This document shows positions 46,148 to 54,393 of a stretch of 64,000 bases of DNA, piece by piece. Position 1 is the first letter of the stretch. Each line of letters starts with the position of its first letter. The notes under the pieces were generated by a model. The model searched no databases and had not been told where the DNA came from. It saw nothing but the letters and a program-made list of their open reading frames with translations. A program made the position numbers and the translations under genes. The DNA comes from Spirochaetia bacterium. Lineage in GTDB: Bacteria > Spirochaetota > Spirochaetia > SZUA-6 > Bin103. Where the stretch lies: the NCBI GenBank assembly GCA_965199955.1, contig CBDATQ010000002.1, positions 1,056,001-1,120,000 on the forward strand, given 5' to 3'.

Positions 46148-47655
46148 CTAAGGCGCCCGGTTGTGGCGCGGGATCCAGTGAGTGGCCGCCGGCGCTGGCT
46201 CCTGTCGGGAGCCCTTGGCGTGGTCGCACGCGCAGAGCACCTCCTCGAACAGCATCGCCTCCAGCTCGCGCCTGATCGGTGCGAACGCGGCGTCACCGTA
46301 TCGGTTGTGGGTCTCCTCCGGGTCGGCGTTGCGATCGTACAGCTCGCCGTCCGCGCCGCCGGCGTAGGCGGTCAGGCGCCAGTCCGCGGTGGTCAGGGTG
46401 CGCATCCGCACCGGCAAGCGGTCGTCGTCGTTCTCGGTGAGGGCGGCGCTCCGCGTGTAGGCACCCGTGCCGCGGAGGGCACCCGCGCACGAGATGCCCT
46501 GCACTCCCTCCGGCTCGGGGATGCCGGCAAGGTCCAGCAGGGTCGGCGCGACGTCGAGCGTGGAGGCCGGCGGGGCGATGAGCCGCCCGGCGTCGATCCC
46601 CGGCCCACTGATCAGCAGCGGGACGCGCAGCGCCGAGTCGAAGGGCATGCCCTTGCCCACGAAACCGTGGTCGCCCAGGTAGTCGCCGTGGTCGGCGACG
46701 AAGCAGACGATCGTCGACTCGGCGAGCCCGCTCGCCTCGAGCTGATCGAGGATGCGCCCCACGTGGTGGTCCAGGCACGCCGTCATGCTGTAGTACACGG
46801 CGCGGCACGCCCGCCAGGTCGCATCGTCGACCCGCGAGTAGTCCAGCGGCGGCGTGCCCGTGATGCGGTTTAATTCGGTCCCTTCGGCGCGGTAGATCGG
46901 GTCGTACCACGACGGCATGTCGGTGCCGCCGTGCGGGATCGGCGCCGGAACGGCGGCCCGCTCGTAGGCCGTATCCCACGGCTCCGGCACCGTGAAGGGG
47001 TGGTGCGGATCGGGGAAGCTGACGTGCGCGAAGAACGGCGCCTCGTCGTGCCGGGCGGCCTTCAGCATCTCGATGGCGCGGTCCGCGATGTACTGCGACG
47101 AGTGCAGCTCGGCGGGCAGGCGGAACCGGTACGGGCCAAGGCCCGGCGAGAGCTGCCGGCCGTGCGTCCGCCGGTTTCGCCGACCAGCGGTCAACGCGAC
47201 GCCGAGATCGGCCGCGCGGGCCGCATAGTCGGGGCCGAAACAGAGGTCGCCGTGGCCGTTGACCAGGTCCACCTCCGCGAGCCGAAGTACCCGTCGCCCG
47301 CCTCCTCCTCCATGGCCGCGGCCACCTCCTCAGGCTCGGCGCCTTGCGGCCGCAAGTGGATCTTGCCGATCGACACGCTCCGGTATCCGGCGGCTTGCAG
47401 CACGTGTCCCAGGAAGCGCGGATCGTCCGGCGTGTGACAGCCCACCATTCGAGACTTCAGCACGGAAGGAAAGCAGCCGCTGAGCAGGGAGGCTCGACTG
47501 GGCGTGCAGGTGGGCTGGGTGACCACGCAGTCGGAGAACCGCGTGCCGGCAGCCGCCAGCCGATCGAGATGCGGCGTCGCGCAGATCGGGTTGCCGTAGC
47601 AGGACAGCGCGTCGGCGCGCAGCTCGTCGGCGACGATGAGCAGGATGTTGGGCAT
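46148..47655 (-). pseudogene. Sulfatase with a single-base frameshift near 47280
   Basis: PNILLIVADELRAD, CTPSRAS, GKIH in the 5' frame; SFPDPHHP, ADHGDYLGDHG in the 3' frame; one added T gives GYFGFAEVDLVNGHG. Confidence 0.85.
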
Positions 47656-47696
47656 ACTTGACAGGCAAGCCTGCCAAGGGTCCCGATCACATCGCA

Positions 47697-49367
47697 ATGC
47701 CCACGATGACCGGCGCCCGCTTCGTCGCCGAGACCGTCCACGGCTACGGCCTCACGCACGTCTTCTACATGCCCTACATCATGCCCCCTGCCATCCTTGA
47801 GATGGGCAAGCTGGGCGTGACCGCCATCCAGCCCCACGGCGAGAAGGCGGCAGCCTACATGGCCGACGGCTACGCGCGCGTCCGCCGCGGCCCGTCGCTG
47901 GCGATGGCCCAGTCGGTCGGCGCCGCCAACCTGGCGGCCGGCCTGCAGGACGCGTACCTGGCCTGCTCGCCGGTCGTCGCGCTGACCGGCCGCGAGCGCC
48001 AGTTCCACCAGCAGCGCCACTCGTATCAGGAGGTCGACCACGTTACGCCGTTCGCCGCCGTCACCAAGTACAGCGCCTGCGTGCATGCGGCCGACATGTT
48101 GCCGGTGTACCTGCGCCAGGCGTTCCGCAGCGCGGTGAGCGGCACGCCCGGGCCGACGCATCTCGACCTGGAGCAGATCAGCGGGCTGGTGATCGCCGAA
48201 GGCCAGCTCGATGCCGAGGTGATCGTGGAGCGGCAGTTCACCCGCGTGCCGCCGTTCCGGCCGGTGGCCGACCCGGCGGCGATCGCCGAGGCGCTCCGAG
48301 TGCTGAACGGCGCCGCCCGGCCGGTGATCGTTGCCGGCGGCGGCGTGACCGCCTCCGGCGCACGCGACGAGCTGATCGCATTGGCCGAGAAGCTGTCGAT
48401 TCCGGTGGCGACGGCGCTCAACGCAAAGGCGATGTTCCCGGCCGACCACCCGCTGGCGGTGGGGACGCCGGGCAACTACTCGCGCGAGTGCGCCAACCGC
48501 ATCCTGTGCCGGGCCGACCTGGTGTTCTTCATCGGCAGCCACACCGGCGGGCAGCTCACGCTGGACTTCCGCGTTCCGCCGCAGGGCACGCCGGTCATCC
48601 AGCTCGACATCGATCCGGCCGAGATCGGCCGCAACTACCCGGTGCAGGTGGGGCTGCAGGGCGACGCAAGGGCTTCGCTGGCGGCGATGCTGGACGCGGC
48701 GCAGCCGGGACCGGACCGCGGCCCCTGGCTGGACGAGGTGCGCACGCTCGTCCGCGACTGGAAGGAGAGCGTCGAGGAGCACTGGGGCTCGGACGTCGCA
48801 CCGGCCAGGCCCGAGCGCATCTGCCGCGAGTTGAGCAGGCACCTGCCGGCCGACGCCATCCTGGTCTCCGACACCGGCCACTCGGGCGTGTGGACCGGCA
48901 CCATGCTGGACTTCAAGCACCCCACCCAGAGCTACATCCGCTGTGCGGGCTCCCTGGGGTGGGGGCTGCCGGCGGCGCTGGGCGCCAAGTGCGCGGCCCC
49001 CGAGCGGCCGGTGCTGTGCTTCACCGGCGACGGCGGCATCTGGTACCACATCGCCGAGATCGAGACGGCGGTCAAGGAGCATCTGAACGTCGTCATCCTG
49101 GTGAACAACAATCACTCGCTGAACCAGGAGAAGCACGGCGTCGAGAGCTACGAGGGCCGCTCGCCGGCCGCCGACAAACAGTGGCTGTTCCCGGATGCCG
49201 ACTTCGCCGCCATCGCCGATTCGATGGGCGCGATGGGGCTGACGGTCCGCAGGCCGGGCGACCTGCAGGGCGCCCTCGCCAAGGCGTTCGCGGCCAACCG
49301 CCCGGTGGTCATGGACGTCAAGAGTCACGTCGACGGCATCGCCCCGAAGGCCTGGCTGCCCGAATAG
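47697..49367 (+). CDS. Thiamine pyrophosphate-binding protein (acetolactate synthase-like)
   Basis: EKAAAYMADGYAR, GAANLAAGL, GSLGWGLPAALG, GDGG...NNN. Confidence 0.9.
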   Translation: MPTMTGARFVAETVHGYGLTHVFYMPYIMPPAILEMGKLGVTAIQPHGEKAAAYMADGYARVRRGPSLAMAQSVGAANLAAGLQDAYLACSPVVALTGRERQFHQQRHSYQEVDHVTPFAAVTKYSACVHAADMLPVYLRQAFRSAVSGTPGPTHLDLEQISGLVIAEGQLDAEVIVERQFTRVPPFRPVADPAAIAEALRVLNGAARPVIVAGGGVTASGARDELIALAEKLSIPVATALNAKAMFPADHPLAVGTPGNYSRECANRILCRADLVFFIGSHTGGQLTLDFRVPPQGTPVIQLDIDPAEIGRNYPVQVGLQGDARASLAAMLDAAQPGPDRGPWLDEVRTLVRDWKESVEEHWGSDVAPARPERICRELSRHLPADAILVSDTGHSGVWTGTMLDFKHPTQSYIRCAGSLGWGLPAALGAKCAAPERPVLCFTGDGGIWYHIAEIETAVKEHLNVVILVNNNHSLNQEKHGVESYEGRSPAADKQWLFPDADFAAIADSMGAMGLTVRRPGDLQGALAKAFAANRPVVMDVKSHVDGIAPKAWLPE

Positions 49368-49421
49368 GATCGCGGCGGCGCCGACACGTCGGCGTTCGTG
49401 TCCGGATGTCGGCCGGCGAGG

Positions 49422-49450
49422 TTGCGCGGCGCGGCCGGCGGGGATAGGTT
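49422..49450 (+). promoter_or_regulatory. Promoter, probably leaderless transcript
   Basis: TTGCGC-17 bp-TAGGTT, then 7 nt to ATG 49458. Confidence 0.5.
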
Positions 49451-49457
49451 CCTGGCC

Positions 49458-50552
49458 ATGAAGTCGGCGGTGTTGCACCGGGTCGGTGGCCCCTTCGCGA
49501 TCGACGAGGTGGAGTTGCTGCCGCCCCGCACGGGCGAGGTTCGCGTCAGGCTGAAGGCGGCGGGCCTCTGTCATAGCGACTGGCACTTCGTGCACGGCCT
49601 CCTGGAACGGGAGCTCCCGGTCATACTCGGCCACGAAGGCGCGGGCGTCATCGAGGAGGTAGGTGAGGGCGTCACCACGCTGCGCAGGGGACAGCGCGTG
49701 GCGCTCAACTGGGCGCCCGCCTGCCGGCACTGCTACTACTGCCTGCGGGGCGAGGCCGGCCTGTGCGAGACCTTCTGGGACTGGCGCAACGGCACCATGC
49801 CGGATGGCTCCACCCGCTTTCGCATTGCCGGTGAGCCTGCGCGTCAGTTCAGCGTGCTGTCCACGTTCACGGAGCAGACCATCGCGCCGGTCGAGAGCTG
49901 CGTGCCCCTCGCCGACGACATCTCCTTCGAGGTGGCCGCGCTGGTCGGCTGCTGCGTCACCACCGGCGTCGGCGCCGCGCTCAACACCGTGGACATCCGG
50001 CCCGGAGACAGCGTGGCCGTCTACGGCTGCGGCGGCGTGGGACTCAACGTCGTGCAGGGGGCTCGGCTGAGCAACGCCTGGCCGATCATCGCCGTGGACA
50101 CCGACCCGGCCAAGGAGCCGATCGCCCGGCAGTTCGGCGCCACCCACTTCGTGGCGGCCGGCGAGGACGCGCACGAGAGGGTGAAGGAGCTGACCGGCGG
50201 CCGGGGCGTCGAGTATGCCTTCGAAGCCGTGGGACCGCCCGCGGTGCAGGAGGCTGCGTACCAGGCGATGCGCCGCGGCGGCGCGCTGGTGATCGTCGGC
50301 GTGGCGCCGGACGGGAGCACGACCTCATTCCCCGGCCTCGACCTGCACGTCAACCAGCGCCGCATCCTCGGCTCCTTCTTCGGATCCACCGATCCGAGCC
50401 GCGAGTTCGGCCGCCTGCACGGCCTCTACCGCAACGGCCGGCTGCTCGTGGACGAGCTTATCTCCAGGCGCTATTCCCTCGACCGGATCAACGAGGGGTA
50501 CGCCGACATGCTCGCCGGCGGCCACAAGCGCGGCGTGCTTGTCTTCGACTGA
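49458..50552 (+). CDS. Zn-dependent alcohol dehydrogenase (class III-like)
   Basis: GLCHSD, GHEGAG, CRHCYYC...C, GCCVTTG, GCGGVG. Confidence 0.92.
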   Translation: MKSAVLHRVGGPFAIDEVELLPPRTGEVRVRLKAAGLCHSDWHFVHGLLERELPVILGHEGAGVIEEVGEGVTTLRRGQRVALNWAPACRHCYYCLRGEAGLCETFWDWRNGTMPDGSTRFRIAGEPARQFSVLSTFTEQTIAPVESCVPLADDISFEVAALVGCCVTTGVGAALNTVDIRPGDSVAVYGCGGVGLNVVQGARLSNAWPIIAVDTDPAKEPIARQFGATHFVAAGEDAHERVKELTGGRGVEYAFEAVGPPAVQEAAYQAMRRGGALVIVGVAPDGSTTSFPGLDLHVNQRRILGSFFGSTDPSREFGRLHGLYRNGRLLVDELISRRYSLDRINEGYADMLAGGHKRGVLVFD

Positions 50553-50577
50553 GCCGCACACTTCCCCGGGGGACTCC

Positions 50578-51648
50578 ATGCCAGACACCAGCGACACACC
50601 ATCCGTGTACCACGCCGACGAGCTCCAGCGTTTCGCCGAGGAGGTGATCGAATGCACCGGCACGGGGGCGGAGCAGGCGGCAGTGGTGGCGCGCCACCTG
50701 GTCGACGGCAACCTTGCGGGGCTCGAGTCGCATGGGGTCATGCGCCTGCGCCAGTACCACGACGCCGTCCAGTCGGGCCAGATCGACCCCGCCGTGCTGC
50801 CGGCCGTCGAATCCGAGACCGCCGGCACGGCCGTGGTCGACGCCCGCGCGGGCTGGGGCGCGCCGGCCGGGTACCTGGCCGTGGAGCTGGCGGAGCGCAA
50901 GGCGCGGGCGGTCGGCGTCGCCGCCGTCAGCGTCAAGAACGCCGCCCACATCGGGCGCTCCGGCTCGTACGTGCTGCGCCTCGCCGAGCACGGCCTGGTG
51001 GCACAGCTCTTCTGCGGCCTGGTGCATGCCGCGTTCGTCGTACCGTGGGGCGGCCGCGAGGCGCGGTTCGGCACCAACCCGATCGCGATCGCCATACCGG
51101 GCGGCGACGGGCCGGTGGTCATGGACATCGCCACCAGCGCGACCGCCGAAGGCAAGGTGCAGGTGTACCGCAACGCCGGGCGGACCATGCCCGAGGGGAT
51201 GCTCATCGACGCCAGCGGACACCCGAGCACCGACCCGAACGACGTCTATCGCGGCGGCGGGATCCTTCCGTTCGGCGGCGTGAACGGCCACAAGGGCTAC
51301 TGCCTTGCCGTGATGGCGGACCTGCTCGGCGGGTCCCTGTCCGGCTCGCATGTCGGCGTGATGGCCGGGAGCTTCCGCAACCACTTTCTGCTGACCGCCA
51401 TCGACCCCGAAGCGCTCGGCGGCGCCGACGCGATGCGGGCCATCGTGGACGAGTACTCGCAGTGGCTGAAGAGCTCGGCGACCCAGCCGGGCTTCACGGA
51501 GGTCCTCATGCCGGGCGAGCCGGAGTCGCGCAACGCCGCCGAGCGCCTCCGCGACGGAGTCCCGCTCGACGCGTCCACCGTCGAGCTCCTGGACGTGCTG
51601 GCTGACGAGATCGGCATTCCCCGCATCGACAGGATGAGCGGCCGGTAA
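50578..51648 (+). CDS. Ldh_2 family (type 2 malate/L-lactate/L-sulfolactate) dehydrogenase
   Basis: GLESHGV, HIGR, FGTNPIA, DIATSATAEGK, GHKGY, MPGEPE. Confidence 0.9.
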   Translation: MPDTSDTPSVYHADELQRFAEEVIECTGTGAEQAAVVARHLVDGNLAGLESHGVMRLRQYHDAVQSGQIDPAVLPAVESETAGTAVVDARAGWGAPAGYLAVELAERKARAVGVAAVSVKNAAHIGRSGSYVLRLAEHGLVAQLFCGLVHAAFVVPWGGREARFGTNPIAIAIPGGDGPVVMDIATSATAEGKVQVYRNAGRTMPEGMLIDASGHPSTDPNDVYRGGGILPFGGVNGHKGYCLAVMADLLGGSLSGSHVGVMAGSFRNHFLLTAIDPEALGGADAMRAIVDEYSQWLKSSATQPGFTEVLMPGEPESRNAAERLRDGVPLDASTVELLDVLADEIGIPRIDRMSGR

Positions 51649-51683
51649 CGGTATCGGCGCGCTCTCCATGGGAAGCAGCCGCC

Positions 51684-51723
51684 TTGACCATACGTATATT
51701 ATCCTGTATATGGATACGTATGG
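51684..51723 (+). promoter_or_regulatory. TA promoter with inverted-repeat operator
   Basis: TTGACC at 51684; perfect 10-bp inverted repeat CCATACGTAT (51688-51697) / ATACGTATGG (51714-51723) overlapping the antitoxin ATG. Confidence 0.7.
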
Positions 51724-51977
51724 CCGGCAGCGTGAAACTGACTCTGAGCGTGGACGGGAACCTGATCGACAGGGCAAAGCGGTATGCGCGCCGACACGAC
51801 AGGAGTCTCTCGGACCTCGTTTCGAGCTATCTGCGGCAGATCACCGGCGACGAACGGGATGCGGACGATGTCGACCCGCTTGTTCGTGATGTCGCCGATG
51901 AAATACCGATGGATCAGGTCGCGGATCTCGAAGACGCCAAGTACCGGCATCTGAAAGACAAGTACCTGCGTGCGTAG
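51720..51977 (+). CDS. Ribbon-helix-helix antitoxin (DUF6364-like)
   Basis: KLTLSVDGNLIDRAKRYARRHDRSLSDLVSSYL; C-terminal HLKDKY. Confidence 0.8.
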   Translation: MAGSVKLTLSVDGNLIDRAKRYARRHDRSLSDLVSSYLRQITGDERDADDVDPLVRDVADEIPMDQVADLEDAKYRHLKDKYLRA

Positions 51978-52419
51978 TGCCTTCCTCGATGCGGATGTCA
52001 TCCTGGATCTGTTCATCAGCAGGGAGCCGCACCACACCGAGGCACTCAAGCTCTTCTCGCGGCTGCGTCGGGCGGGGTTCAGGTGCGGAACCTCCCCGTT
52101 GGTGATCGCCAATGTCCACTACGTTCTCGGCCGCATCAAGACCACGCGTTATGCTCTCGGCCGGATCGGAAGGCTCAGAACCCTGGTCGGAATCGTCACG
52201 GTCACCGAAGCGGAGATCGACGCGGCAATCGCATCCCCGTACCGGGATTTCGAGGACAGCGTTCAGTACCATTGCGCGCTTGCGGCGGGATTCGACACGC
52301 TGATTACGCGCAACACACGACACTATCCCAAGGGCCGGCTCACCATCATGACTCCACGGCAGTACCTGGACATGATCGGGACGCCGAAACCCGGATGGGA
52401 GGCGCCGCCGACCGCCTGA
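51970..52419 (+). CDS. PIN-domain toxin (VapC-like)
   Basis: FLDADVILD, DFEDSVQY, ITRNTRHY. Confidence 0.88.
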   Translation: MRSAFLDADVILDLFISREPHHTEALKLFSRLRRAGFRCGTSPLVIANVHYVLGRIKTTRYALGRIGRLRTLVGIVTVTEAEIDAAIASPYRDFEDSVQYHCALAAGFDTLITRNTRHYPKGRLTIMTPRQYLDMIGTPKPGWEAPPTA

Positions 52420-52474
52420 AAGCCTCAGGTGCCATGGGCGGTGCACGCATTCATCCTGACAAGGAGCAACATCG

Positions 52475-53401
52475 ATGAACGAAGCAGACGGCGACTGGGA
52501 CATGCGCGGCGTGGTCGTGCCGATTCTTACGCCTCTCAAGCCGGACGAGGAGGTCGACGTGGCGTCGTTGCGGCGCCTCACGAACTACGTCATCGACGGC
52601 GGCGTCCACGGCATCTGGGCGGCCGGCACGACGGGCGAGTTCGCGGCCCTGAACGCGCCGGCCCGCCGATTGGTGATCGAGACCGTGGTGGACGAGGCGG
52701 CCGGCCGCGTGCCCGTGATCGGCAACGTATCCGCGCCCGCGACGCGGGCCACGGTCGCCGCCGCGGAGGCGCTCCGTGACTGTCCTGTCACGGGTGTCGC
52801 CGCGACCCCGCCGTACTACTACAGCAACACCCAGGATGAGCTGCTCGATCACTTCCGCGCGATCGCCGACCGCTCTGCGCAGCCGCTGTGGGTGTACGAC
52901 ATACCCAGCACCGTCAAGGTGACGGTCGAGCCGGAGACTATCGCCACGCTGGCCGCCGACGGCACCGTCGCGGGGGTCAAGGACAGCACCGGCGCCGGCG
53001 AGACGTTCGCGCAACTCGTCATGCTCTGCCGGAGGCGCAACCTCGCCCTGTACCGGTTCGTCGGCTCCGTGTGGCGCGCGACCATGCCGGGTATCGGGGC
53101 TCACGGCATCATCCCCGGCATCGGCAACCTGGCGCCACGCAGCGTGTCCGGCGCCTGGGAGGCCGGCCAACGCGGCGACGAGGAGACCGCAGGGCGCTGC
53201 CTCGACCAGGTGCTGGCGGCCACGCGGCTGACCCGAATCCGGACCGGCGGCAGCGCCGGTTGCGGCTTCTCCGGGATCAAGTGTGCGCTGAAGCTGATGG
53301 GGGTCCTCGAACACGACACGGTGTCCGCTCCGTTCCGGGGGCTGGACGAAGCGGAGAGGGAGCGAATACCGCCGCTGCTGGAGGAGCTGGGACTCCGTTG
53401 A
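52475..53401 (+). CDS. Dihydrodipicolinate synthase / N-acetylneuraminate lyase family protein
   Basis: GTTGEF, TPPYY, YDIP, GVKDS. Confidence 0.9.
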   Translation: MNEADGDWDMRGVVVPILTPLKPDEEVDVASLRRLTNYVIDGGVHGIWAAGTTGEFAALNAPARRLVIETVVDEAAGRVPVIGNVSAPATRATVAAAEALRDCPVTGVAATPPYYYSNTQDELLDHFRAIADRSAQPLWVYDIPSTVKVTVEPETIATLAADGTVAGVKDSTGAGETFAQLVMLCRRRNLALYRFVGSVWRATMPGIGAHGIIPGIGNLAPRSVSGAWEAGQRGDEETAGRCLDQVLAATRLTRIRTGGSAGCGFSGIKCALKLMGVLEHDTVSAPFRGLDEAERERIPPLLEELGLR

Positions 53402-53410
53402 AGCCCGCAC

Positions 53411-54313
53411 ATGGGCCGTAGCCGGGTCTTCACGACCGCGGAGAGCGCCAACCCCGGAGCCTTCACCGCGATCGATTGGGCGCTGTTCTGTTCGATTTCG
53501 ACGATCTGGGGCGCGTCGTTCCTGCTCATCGACATCGCCCTCGACTCGTTCCGCCCCGGCCTCGTCACCTTCCTGCGGGCCGCGGGCGGTGCGGTGACCC
53601 TGTGGCTGGTCCCCGCCGCGCGCAGGCCGCTGGCGGCCGAGGACCGGCTGCGGGTGGTCGTGCTGTCGTTCGTCTGGGTGGCGGTGCCGTTCACGATCTT
53701 CCCGGTGGCCCAGCAATGGGTGAACTCGGCGCTCACCGGCATGCTCAACGGGGCGATGCCGATCTTCGCGGCGCTCCTGGCCACGACGCTGCTGCGGCGC
53801 ATGCCGCGGCCGGCACGGCTCGCCGGGTTGCTCATTGGATCGGTCGGCGTCACCGCCATCGCCTGGTCGACCGCGGCGCCGGGAGCCACCAGCGCCGCAG
53901 GAGTCGCGCTGATACTGTGCGCGACCCTGTGCTACGGCGTGGCGGTCAACCTGGCCGTTCCCCTGCAGCAGCGCTATGGAGCGGTGCCGGCGATGGCCCG
54001 CGTCGTGGCGCTCGGGGCGCTGTGGACGGCACCATACGGCCTGTACGGGCTGGGCGGCTCCGCCGTCGGCTGGTCCGCCCTGCTTGCCGTACTGGCCGTC
54101 GGAGTCGTGGGTACCGGCGTCGCCTACTGGATCATGGGCACCCTGGTCGGCCGCGCGGGCTCGGTGCGCGCATCGTTCATCACCTACCTGATCCCGGTGG
54201 TGGCGCTGGTGCTGGGTGTCGCCGTTCGCGGTGACCGGGTGGGGGGACTGGCCGTCGCTGGTGTTGTGCTGGCTACCATCGGCGCTCTGCTGGCAGCCCG
54301 CCGCGAACGCTGA
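53411..54313 (+). CDS. DMT/EamA family transporter
   Basis: About 10 TM helices; IWGASF, ITYLIPVVA..LG. Confidence 0.88.
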   Translation: MGRSRVFTTAESANPGAFTAIDWALFCSISTIWGASFLLIDIALDSFRPGLVTFLRAAGGAVTLWLVPAARRPLAAEDRLRVVVLSFVWVAVPFTIFPVAQQWVNSALTGMLNGAMPIFAALLATTLLRRMPRPARLAGLLIGSVGVTAIAWSTAAPGATSAAGVALILCATLCYGVAVNLAVPLQQRYGAVPAMARVVALGALWTAPYGLYGLGGSAVGWSALLAVLAVGVVGTGVAYWIMGTLVGRAGSVRASFITYLIPVVALVLGVAVRGDRVGGLAVAGVVLATIGALLAARRER

Positions 54314-54393
54314 CCGCTCCGTCGCGCCGGCACCGCGGCCGCAGGCCAGTTGACGCCGCGCGACAAACCGACAGACTTCCATGCTGAGCATGC

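Noticed and set aside
51801..51815. 15-nt match AGGAGTCTCTCGGAC to the hairpin arm of the in-frame element
   Set aside because: It lies in normal antitoxin coding sequence (RSLSD) with no partner arm, so it is probably chance. Worth rechecking if the repeat family is confirmed.
52475..53401. Calling the DHDPS-family gene dapA
   Set aside because: It lacks the YNVPxRT Arg and sits in a catabolic context, so a paralogous aldolase or dehydratase is more likely.
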